This document shows, piece after piece, positions 1 through 14,975 of a stretch of DNA of 64,000 nucleotides. A program made the position numbers and the translations under genes. The first letter of the stretch is position 1; the number at the start of each line of letters is the position of its first letter. The notes beneath the pieces are model-generated. The model worked only from the letters and a program-made list of their open reading frames with translations. It did not search any database and was not told the origin of the DNA. The stretch is from Mobula hypostoma (Eukaryota), in the NCBI RefSeq assembly GCF_963921235.1, contig NC_086108.1:115818001-115882000 (forward strand), written 5' to 3'.

Positions 1-871
1 TCACTGCACACACACACATGTAGATATACACACACATCAATACACACACACACAGGCAGATATACACACACACATCAATACACACACACACACATGCAGA
101 TATACACACACATCAATACACACACACACAGACATGCAGATATACACACACATCAATACACACACACATGCAGATATACACACACATCAATACACACACA
201 CACAGAGGCAGATACACACACACACATCAATACACACACACACATGCAGATATACACACACACATCAATACACACACACAGACATGCAGATATACACACA
301 CATACATCAATACACACACACACATGCAGATATACACACACATCAATACACACACACACATGCAGATATACACACACACATGTAGATATACACACACATC
401 AATTCACACACACAGATGCAGATATACACACACACATGCAGATATACACACACACATCAATACACACACACATGCAGACACAGACACACATCAATACATA
501 CACACATGCAGATATACACACACACATCACTGCACACACACACATGTAGATATACACACACATCAATACACACACACACAGGCAGATATACACACACACA
601 TCAATACACACACACACACACACATGCAGATATACACACACATCAATACACACACACAGACATGCAGATATACACACACATCAATACACACACATGCAGA
701 TATACACACACATCAATACACACACACACAGAGGCAGATATACACACACACATCAATACACACACACACATGCAGATATACACACACACATCAATACACA
801 CACACAGACATGCAGATATACACACACACATCAATACACACACACACACATGCAGATATACACACACATAT

Positions 872-908
<37 letters not shown>

Positions 909-3900
909 CAGATATACACACACACACACACACACATGCAGATATACACACACACACGCAGATATACACACACACATCAATACACACACACACCTGCAGA
1001 TATACACACACACATGCAGATTTACACAGACACATCAATACACTCACACACAGATATAAATATACACACACACATCAATACACACACATGCAGATATACA
1101 CACACACATCAATACACACACATACATGCAGATATACACACACACATCAATACACACACACACATATACACACACACATGCAGATATACACACACACATG
1201 CAGATATACACACACACACATGCAGATATACACACACACATCAATACACACACACACACACACAGGCAGATATACACACACACATCAATACACACACACA
1301 CACATGCAGATATACACACACACATGCAGATATACACACAGATGCAGATATACACACAGATCAATGCACACACACAAATGCACATATACACACACTCATC
1401 AATACACACACACACACACCTGCAGATATATAACACACACATATGCAGATATACACACACACATCAATACAGACACACACACACACACAGGCAGATACAC
1501 ACACACATCAACACACACACACATGCAGATATACACACACATGAATACACATACACACACGCAGATATACACACACACATGCAGATATGCACACACAGAT
1601 GCAGATATATACACACACACATATGCAGATATACACACACACATGCAGATATACACACACACATCAATACAGAAACACACACACACACACACACAGGCAG
1701 ATACACACACACATCAATACACACACACACACATGCAGATATACACACACACATGAATACACACAGACACACATGCAGATATACACACACACATGCAGAT
1801 ATGCACACACAGATGCAGACATATACACAGACAAGCAGATATTGACACACACATCAATACACACACACACACCCAAGCAGATATAGACACTCACATCAAC
1901 ACACACACACATGTAGATAAACACTCACACATCAACACACACAATGCAGATATACACACACATCAATACACACACACACACACATGCAGATATACACATA
2001 CACATCAATACACACACACACACATGCAGATATACACACCCACATCAACACACACACATGCAGATATATACACACATCAATACACACACACACAGGCAGA
2101 TATACACACACCCATCAATACAGACACACACACATGCAGATATACACACACACATCAATTCACACACACATGCAGATATAGTCACACATCAATACACACA
2201 CACACATGCAGATATATACACACACATCAATACACACACACACACATGCAGATATACACACACATCCATACACACACACACACACACACACAGGCAGATA
2301 TACACACACACACACGTAGATATACACACACACATCAATACACACACATGCAGCTATAAACACATCTATACACACACACATGCAGATATGAACACACATC
2401 AATACACACACACACATGCAGATATACACACACACATCAATACACACAGACGCAGATATACACACACACATGCAGATATACACACACATCATTACACACA
2501 CACATGCAGATATACACACACACATGAATACACACACATGCAGATATACACACACATCAATACACAAACACACACATGCAGATATACACACACGCATCAA
2601 TACACACACACACACAGGCAGATAATCACACACACACATCAGTACACACACACACACACACACACACATGCAGATATACACATAAACATCAATACACACA
2701 CACAGATGCAGATATACACACACACATCAATACACACACATGCAGATAAACACACATCAATACACGCAAACACAGGCAGATATACACACACATCAATACA
2801 CACACACACATGCAGATATACACACACACATGAATAAACACACACACATGCAGATATACACACACACATCAATACACACACACATGCAGATATACACACA
2901 CATCAATACACACACATGCAGATATATACACACACACATCAATACACACACACAGACATGCAGATATACACACACATCAATACACACACACACATGCAGA
3001 TATACACACACACACCAATACACACAGATGCAGATATACACACACACATGAATACACACACATGCAGATACACACACACACATGCAGATATACACACACA
3101 TCATTACACACACACATGCAGATATACACACACATGAATACACACATAGATGCAGATATACACACACACATCAATACACAGACATGCAGATATAGACACA
3201 CATCAATACACACACACACATGCAGATATACACACACACATGAATAAACACACACACATGCAGATATACACACACACATCAATACACACACACATGCAGA
3301 TATACACACACATCAATACACACACATGCAGATATATACACACACACATCAATACACACACACAGACATGCAGATATACACACACATCAATACACACACA
3401 CACATGCAGATATACACACACACACCAATACACACAGATGCAGATATACACACACACATGAATACACACACATGCAGATATACACACACACATGCAGATA
3501 TACACACACATCATTACACACACACATGCAGATATACACACACATGAATACACACATAGATGCAGATATACACACACACATCAATACACAGACATGCAGA
3601 TATAGACACACATCAATACACACACACACATGCAGATATACACACCCACATGTAGATATACACACACATCAATTCACACACACAGATGCAGATATACACA
3701 CACACATGCAGATATACACACACACATCAATACACACACACACACATGCAGATATAGACACACATCAATACATACACTCATGCAGATATATACACACACA
3801 TCACTGCACACACACACATGTAGATATACACACACATCAATACACACACACACAGGCAGATATACACACACACATCAATACACACACACACACATGCAGA

Positions 3901-4705
3901 TATACACACACATCAATACACACACACACAGACATGCAGATATACACACACATCAATACACACACACATGCAGATATACACACACATCAATACACACACA
4001 CACAGAGGCAGATACACACACACACATCAATACACACACACACATGCCGATATACACACACACATCAATACACACACACAGACATGCAGATATACACACA
4101 CATACATCAATACACACACACACATGCAGATATACACACACATCAATACACACACACACATGCAGATATACACACACACATGTAGATATACACACACATC
4201 AATTCACACACACAGATGCAGATATACACACACACATGCAGATATACACACACACATCAATACACACACACATGCAGATATAGACACACATCAATACATA
4301 CACACATGCAGATATACACACACACATCACTGCACACACACACATGTAGATATACACACACATCAATACACACACACACAGGCAGATATACACACACACA
4401 TCAATACACACACACACACACACACATGCAGATATACACACACATCAATACACACACACAGACATGCAGATATACACACACATCAATACACACACATGCA
4501 GATATACACACACATCAATACACACACATGCAGATATACACACACATCAATACACACACACACAGAGGCAGATATACACACACACATCAATACACACACA
4601 CACATGCAGATATACACACACACATCAATACACACACACAGACATGCAGATATACACACACACATCAATACACACACACACACATGCAGATATACACACA
4701 CATAT

Positions 4706-4744
<39 letters not shown>

Positions 4745-6820
4745 CAGATATACACACACACACACACACATGCAGATATACACACACACACGCAGATATA
4801 CACACACACATCAATACACACACACACACCTGCTGATATACACACACACATGCAGATTTACACAGACACATCAATACACACACACACACATGCAGATATA
4901 CACACACACATCAATACACACACAGGCAGATATACACACACACATCAATACACCAACACATGCAGATATACACACACATGAATACACACAAACTCATGCA
5001 GATATATACACACACATGCAGATATACACACAGATGCAGATATACACACACATCAATACACACACACACATGCACATATACACACACTCATCAATACACA
5101 CACACACACCTGCAGATATATAACACACACATATGCAGATATACACACACACATCAATACAGACACACACACACACACAGGCAGATACACACACACATCA
5201 ACACACACACACATGCAGATATACACACACATGAATACACATACACACACGCAGATATACACACACACATGCAGATATGCACACACAGATGCAGATATAT
5301 ACACACACACATATGCAGATATACACACACACATGCAGATATACACACACACATCAATACAGAAACACACACACACACACACACAGGCAGATACACACAC
5401 ACATCAATACACACACACACACATGCAGATATACACACACACATGAATACACACAGACACACATGCAGATATACACACACACATGCAGATATGCACACAC
5501 AGATGCAGACATATACACAGACATGCAGATATTGACACACACATCAATACACACACACACACCCAAGCAGATATAGACACTCACATCAACACACACACAC
5601 ATGTAGATAAACACTCACACATCAACACACACAATGCAGATATACACACACATCAATACACACACACACACACATGCAGATATACACATACACATCAATA
5701 CACACACACACACATGCAGATATACACACCCACATCAACACACACACATGCAGATATATACACACATCAATACACACACACACAGGCAGATATACACACA
5801 CCCATCAATACAGACACACACACATGCAGATATACACACACACATGCAGATATACACACACACATGAATACACACACAGATGCAGATATACACACACACA
5901 TCAATTCACACACACATGCAGATATAGTCACACATCAATACACACACACACATGCAGATATATACACACACATCAATACACACACACACACATGCAGATA
6001 TACACACACATCCATACACACACACACACACACACACACAGGCAGATATACACACACACACACGTAGATATACACACACACATCAATACACACACATGCA
6101 GCTATAAACACATCTATACACACACACATGCAGATATGAACACACATCAATACACACACACACATGCAGATATAAACACACACATCAATACACACAGACG
6201 CAGATATACACACACACATGCAGATATACACACACATCATTACACACACACATGCAGATATACACACACACATGAATACACACACATGCAGATATACACA
6301 CACATCAATACACAAACACACACATGCAGATATACACACACGCATCAATACACACACACACACAGGCAGATAATCACACACACACATCAGTACACACACA
6401 CACACACACACACACATGCAGATATACACATAAACATCAATACACACACACAGATGCAGATATACACACACACATCAATACACACACATGCAGATAAACA
6501 CACATCAATACACGCAAACACAGGCAGATATACACACACATCAATACACACACACACATGCAGATATACACACACACATGAATAAACACACACACATGCA
6601 GATATACACACACACATCAATACACACACACATGCAGATATACACACACATCAATACACACACATGCAGATATATACACACACACATCAATACACACACA
6701 CAGACATGCAGATATACACACACATCAATACACACACACACATGCAGATATACACACACACACCAATACACACAGATGCAGATATACACACACACATGAA
6801 TACACACACATGCAGATATA
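1..6820 (+). repeat. Higher-order duplication, offset ~3.7-3.8 kb (1-~3070 vs 3801-~6820); partial third copy ~8090-9440
   Basis: TCACTGCA at 1/3801 and 527/4327; TGCAGATATATAACAC at 1421/5111; GCAGCTATAAACACATCTATA at 2350/6098. The third copy shares CCTGCTGATA, TACACCAACA, AAACTCATGC and TGTAGATAAACACTC with copy 2. Confidence 0.88.
2790..3640 (+). repeat. 410 bp tandem duplication
   Basis: TGAATAAACA at 2831/3241, CACCAATA at 3013/3423, TCATTA at 3101/3511. ORF-track entries recur at +410. Confidence 0.88.
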
Positions 6821-7126
6821 CACACATCAATACACGCAAACACACAGGCAGATATACACACACACATCAATACACACACACACATGCAGATATACACACA
6901 CACATCAATACACACACGCACATGCAGATATAGACAGACATCAATACACACACACATGCAGATATTAACACACACATCAATACATACACACATCAATACA
7001 CACACACATCAATACACACACACATGCAGATATACACACACATCAATACACGCACACACACACACAGGCAGATATATACACACACATCAATACACGCACA
7101 CACAGATGCAGATATACACACACATC

Positions 7127-7177
<51 letters not shown>

Positions 7178-8721
7178 AAACACACACACAGGCAGATATA
7201 CACACACACATGAATACACACACAGACATGCAGATATACACAGACACATCAATACACACACACACACCTGCAGATATACACACACACACACCTGCAGATA
7301 TACACACACATGCAGATTTACACAGACACATCAATACACACACACATGCATGCAGAGAAACATACACACATCAATACACACACATGCAGATATACACACA
7401 CACATCAATACACACACACATGCAGATATACACAGACACATCAATTCACTCACACACACAGGCAGATATACACACACACATCAATACACACACACATGCA
7501 GATATACACACACATCAATACACACACATGTAGATATACACACAGATCAATACACACACACACATGCACATATACACACACTCATCAATACACACACACA
7601 CACCTGCAGATACACACACACACACACATGCAGATATACACACACACATCAATACAGACACACACACACACACACAGGCAGATACACACACACATCAATA
7701 CACACACACACATGCAGATATACACACACACATGAATACACACAGACACACATGCAGATATACACACACACACATGCAGATATGCACACACAGATGCAGA
7801 CATATACACACACACATGCAGATATTGACACACACATCAATACACACACACCCAAGCAGATATAGACACTCACATCAATACACACACACATGTAGATATA
7901 CACTCACACATCAATACACAAACACACACATGCAGATATACACACATGCATCAATACACATACACACACATGCAGATATACACACACGCATCAATACACA
8001 CTCATGCAGATATACACACACATCAATACACACACACAGGCAGATATACACACACCCATCAATACAGACACACACACATGCAGATATACACACACATGAA
8101 TACACACATAGATGCAGATATACACACACACAACAATACACACACATGCAGATATAGACACACATCAATACACACACACACATGCAGATATACACACACA
8201 CATGTAGATATACACACACATCAATTCACACACACAGATGCAGATATACACACACATGCAGATATACACACACACATCAATACACACACACATGCAGATA
8301 TAGACACACATCAATACATACACACATGCAGATATACACACACCACTGCACACACACACATGTAGATATACACACACATCAATACACACACACACAGGCA
8401 GATATACACACACACATCAATACACACACACACACACATGCAGATATACACACACATCAATACACACACAGACATGCAGATATACACACACATCAATACA
8501 CACACACATGCAGATATACACACACATCAATACACACAGACACAGAGGCAGATATACACACACACATCAATACACACACACACATGCAGATATACACACA
8601 CACATCAATACACACACACACACATGCAGATATACACACACACATCAATACACACACACATGCAGATATACACACACACATCAATACACACACACACACA
8701 TGCAGATATACACACACATAT

Positions 8722-8755
<34 letters not shown>

Positions 8756-9527
8756 GCAGATATATACACACACACACACACATGCAGATATACACACACA
8801 CACACGCAGATATACACACACACATCAATACACACACACACACCTGCTGATATACACACACACATGCAGATTTACACAGACACATCAATACACACACACA
8901 CACATGCAGATATACACACACACATCAATACACACACAGGCAGATATACACACACACATAAATACACCAACACATGCAGATATACACACACATGAATACA
9001 CACAAACTCATGCAGATATATACACACACATGCAGATATACACACAGATGCAGATATACACACACATCAATACACACACACATGCACATATACACACACT
9101 CATCAATACACACACACACACCTGCAGATATATACACACACATATGCAGATATACACACACACATCAATACAGACACACACACACAGGCAGATACACACA
9201 CACATCAACACACACACACACATGCAGATATACACACACACATGAATACACATACACACACGCAGATATACACACACACATCAATACAGAAACACACACA
9301 CACACACACACACAGGCAGATACACACACACATCAATAGACACACACACACCCATGCAGATATAGACACTCACATCAACACACACACACATGTAGATAAA
9401 CACTCACACATCAGCACACACAATGCAGATATACACACACATCCATACACACACACACATGCAGATATACACACACATCCAGACACACACACTCACACAC
9501 TTGTATACACACGCACACACACCACTC

Positions 9528-9563
<36 letters not shown>

Positions 9564-9583
9564 CCAGACATACACACTCACAC

Positions 9584-11685
9584 TGTGTGTGTGTATATCT
9601 GCATGTCTGTGTGTGTGTGTTGATGTGTGTGTGTATCTGCATGTCTGTGTGTGTGTGTGTATTGATTTGTGTGTATATCTGCCTCTGTGTGTGTGTGTGT
9701 GTGTGTGTATATTGATGTGTGTGTGTATATCTGCATCTGTGTGTGTGTATTGATGTGTGTGTATTGATGTGTGTGTGTATATCTACCTGTGTGTGTGTAT
9801 TGATGTGTGTATATCTGCCTGTGTGTGTTTGTGTATTGATGTGTGTGTGTATATCTGCATGTGTGTGTGTGTATATCTGCATGTGTGTGTGTGTATTGAT
9901 GTGTGTGTGTATATCTGCATTGTGTGTGTGTATTGATGTGTGTGTGTGTGTGTATATCTGCAGGTGTGTGTGTGTATTGATGTGTGTGTGTGTATATCTG
10001 CCTGTGTGTGTGTGAATTGATGTGTGTGTATATCTGCATGTGTGTGTGTATTGCTGTGTGTGTATCTGCCTGCGTGTGTGTGTATTGAGTGTGTGTATAT
10101 CTGCATGTGTGTGTGTGTATATATGCATGTGTGTGTATTGATGTGTGTGTGTGTGTGTATTGATGTGTGTGTGTATTGATGTGTGTGTGTGTATATCTGC
10201 ATGTGTGTGTGTATTCATGTGTGTGTGTATATCTGCATGTGTGTGTATATCTGCCTGTGTGTGCGTGTGTATTGATGTGTGTGTATATCTGTATGTGTGT
10301 GTGTATTGATGTGTGTGTGTATATCTGCATGTGTGTGTGTGTATTGATGTGTGTGTGTATACCTGCATGTGTGTGTGTGTATATCTGCATGTGTGAGTGT
10401 GTATTGATGTGTGTGAGTATATCTGCATGTGTGTGTGTATATTGATGTGTGTGTGTCTATCTGCATGTGTGTGTGTATTCATCTGTACGTGTCTATCTGC
10501 ATGTGTGTGTGTATTCATCTGTACGTGTATATCTGCATGTGTGTGTGTATTGATGTGTGTGTATATCTGCATGTGTGTGTGTGTATTGATGTGTATCTGT
10601 ATATCTGCATGTGTGTGTGTGTATTGATGTGTGTGTGTGTATCTGCATGTGTGTGTGTATTGTGTGTGTGTATACCTGCATGTGTGTGTGTATATCTGCA
10701 TGTGTGTGTGTGTGTATTGATGTGTGTGTGTATATCTGCATGTGTGTGTGTGTGTATTGATGTGTGTGAGTATATCTGCATGTGTGTGTGTATTCATGTG
10801 TGAGTGTATATCTGCATGTGTGTGTGTATTGATGTGTGTGTGTATGTCTGCATGTGTGTGTGTGTGTATTGATGTGTGTGTGTATATCTGCCTGTGTGTG
10901 TGTGTGTGTATTGTGTGTGTGTGTATATCTGCCTGTGTGTGTGTGTGTATTGATGTGTGTCTGTATATCTGCCTGTCTGAGTGTGTGTGTGTATTGATGT
11001 GTGTGTGTATATCTGCCTGTTTGTGTGTATATTGATGTGTGTGTGTCTATCTGCATGTGTGTGTGTATTCATGTGTGTGTATATCTGCATGTGTGTGTGT
11101 ATTGATGTGTGTATATCTGCATGTGTGTGTGTGTATATCTGCATGTCTGTGTGTGTGTATTGATGTGTGTGTATTGATGTGTGTGTGTATATCTGCATGT
11201 GTGTGTGTATTGATGCGTGTGTGTATATCTGCCTGTGTGTGAGTGTGTATTGATGTGTGTGTGTGTGTATTGATGTGTGTGTGTATAGCTTCAGGTGTGT
11301 GTGTGTATATCTGCATCTGTGTGTGTGTATTGATGTGTGTGTGTATATCTGCATGGGTGTGAGTGTATTGATGTGTGTGTGTATCTGCATGCGTGTGTAT
11401 GTATTGATATGTGTGTGTGTATCTGCATGTGTGTGTGTATTGATGTGTGTTTGTATATCTGCATGTGTGTGTGTATTGATGTGTGTGTGTATATCTACAT
11501 GTGTGTTTGTGTGTGTGTATTGTGTGTGTATATCTCCGTGTGTGTGTCTGTATATCTCCATGTGTGTGTGTATATCTGCATGTGTGTGTGTGTATTGATG
11601 TGTGTGTATATCTGCTTGTGTGTTTGTGTCTGTATTGATGTGTGTGTGTGTATTGATGCGTGTGTGTATATCAGCATGTGTGTGT
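9584..11685 (-). repeat. Inverted block of the same satellite (TG-rich on the + strand)
   Basis: Sequence switches at ...ACTCACAC|TGTGTG (9583/9584) to TATATCTGCA-(TG)n-TATTGA-(TG)n, the reverse complement of the monomer, and switches back at ...GTGTGT|TATACAC (11685/11686). Confidence 0.98.
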
Positions 11686-11797
11686 TATACACACACGCAT
11701 CAATACACACAGACACATCAATACACACACAAACACACATGCAGATATACACATACACATCAATACACACACACACATGCAGATATACACACACACA
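11561..11797. repeat. Near-perfect inverted repeat (~110 bp arms, 15 nt spacer) at the right inversion junction
   Basis: The reverse complement of 11561-11670 aligns to 11686-11797 with 3 substitutions and one 2 bp indel. Spacer 11671-11685 is TCAGCATGTGTGTGT. Confidence 0.9.
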
Positions 11798-12979
11798 TCA
11801 ATACACACACACAGGCAGATATACACACACATCAGTACACACACTCACAGGCAGATATACACACACACATCAATACACACACGTACATGCAGAAATACAC
11901 ACACACATGAATACACACACATGCAGATATACACACATCAATACACACACACAAGCAGATATAGACACACACATCAATACACACACACGCATGCAGATAT
12001 GCACACACATCAATACACACACACATGCAGATATATACACACATCAATACACACACACACATGCAGATATACACACACATCCATACACACACACACACAC
12101 AGGCAGATATACACACACACAAGAATACACACACACACACGTAGATATACACACACACATCAATACCCACACACATGCAGATATACACACACATCAATAC
12201 ACACAGACACACATGCAGGTATACACGCACACATCAACACACACACACACACACACATGAATACACACACACATGCAGATATACACAGACACATGAATAC
12301 ACACACACACATGCAGATATACACACACGTGAATACACACACATGCAGATATACACACACATCAATACACAAACACACACATGCAGACATACACACACAC
12401 ATCAATACACACACACACACACAAGCAGATATACACATAAACATCAATACACACACACAGATGCAGATATACACACACGCATCAATACACACACATGCAG
12501 ATATACACACGCATCAATACACGCAAACACACATGCAGATATACACACACACATCAATACACACACACACATGCAGATATACACACACACATGAATACAC
12601 ACACATGCAGATATACACACACACATGAATACACACACAGATGCAGATATACACACACATCAATACACACACACATGCAGATATAGACACACATCAAATA
12701 CACACACATGCAGATATAAACACACACATCAATACACACACATGTAGATATACACACACATCAATACACACACGCACAGGCAGATATACACACACATCAA
12801 TACACACACACATGCAGATATACACACACACATCAATACACACACACACATGCAGATATACACACACATCAATACACACACACAGAGGCAGATATACACA
12901 CACACATCAATACACACACACAGACATGCAGATATACACACACACATGCAGATATACACACACAGATCAATACACACAC

Positions 12980-14399
12980 ACACACCTGCAGATATGCACA
13001 CACACATGCAGATTTACACAGACACATCAATACACACACACACACATGCAGATATACACAAACATCAATACACACACATGCAGATATACACACACACATC
13101 AATACACACACATGCAGATATACACACACATCAATACACACACACACACAGGCAGATATACACACACCCATCTATACAGACACACACACATGCAGATATA
13201 CACACACACTTGAATACACACACAGATGCAGATATACACACACACATCAATACACACACACATGCAGATATAGACACACATCAATACACACACACACACA
13301 CACATGCAGATATACACACACACATCAATACACACACACACATGCAGATATACACACACATCAATACACACACACACATGCAGATATACACACACACATG
13401 AATACACACACATGCAGATATACACACACACATAAATACACACACACATGTAGAGATACACACACATCAATACACACACACACAGGCAGATATACACACA
13501 GCTCAATACACACACACACATGCAGATATACACACACACATCAATACACACAGATATGCAGATATACACACACACACATGTAGATACACACACACATCAC
13601 TACACACACACACACATGCAGATATACACACACACATCAATACGCACACACAGACATGCAGTTATACACAAACACATGAATACACACACATGCAGATATA
13701 CACACACACACCTGCCGATATACACACACACATGCAGATTTACACAGACACATCAATACACACACACACATGCAGATATACACACACACACATCAATACA
13801 CACACATGCAGATATACACACACACATCAATACACACACACACAGGCAGATACACACACACATCAGTACACACACTCACAGGCAGATATACACACATCAA
13901 TACACACACATACATGCGGATATACACACACGCATGAATACACATACATGCAGATATACACACACATCAATACACACACACATGCAGATATACACACACA
14001 CATTCATACACACACACATGCAGATATACACGCACACATCAATACACACACACAGACATGCAGATATACACACACACATCAATACACACACACACACATG
14101 CAGATATACACACACATCAATACACACACACACACACACAGGCAGATATACACACACACATGAATACACACACACACACACATGCAGATATACACACACA
14201 TCAATACACCACATGCAGATATACACACACACATGCAGATTTGCACAGACACATCAATACACACACATGCAGATATACACACACACACCTGCTGATATAC
14301 ACACACACATGCTGATTTACACAGACACATCAATACACACACATGCAGATATACACACATCAATACACACACACACACATGCAGATATACACACACATC

Positions 14400-14472
<73 letters not shown>

Positions 14473-14927
14473 AGGCAGATATACACACACATGAATACAC
14501 ACACACACACGTAGATATACACACACACATCAATACACACACATGCAGATATACACACACATCAATACACACACACAGGCAGATATACACACACACATGA
14601 ACACACACAGACACAAATGTAGATATACACACACACATCAATACACACACACATGCAGATATACACACACATCAATACACACTCACACACACATGCAGAT
14701 ATACACACACATCAATACACACACACACATGCAGATATACACACACACATCAATACACACAGATGCAGATATACACACACATGAATACACACACATGCAG
14801 ATATACACACACATCAATACACAAACACACACATGCAGATATACACACACGCATCAATACACACACACAGGCAGATAATCACACACACACATCAATACAC
14901 ACACACATGCAGATATACACACACATC

Positions 14928-14975
<48 letters not shown>

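Larger units (their letters stand above)
1..9583 (+). repeat. CA-rich satellite array, subfamily A, CA-strand orientation (continues beyond window start)
   Basis: Continuous TGCAGATATA-(CA)n-TCAATA-(CA)n units, with variants GGCAGATATA, TGTAGATATA, TGAATA, CCTGCAG, TGCAGATTTA and CCCAAGCAG. Confidence 0.98.

Noticed and set aside
9584..11685. Inverted block as a transposon/MITE or site-specific invertible switch
   Set aside because: It contains only satellite sequence. There are no terminal inverted repeats distinct from the satellite, no target-site duplication flanking both ends, and no transposase or recombinase.
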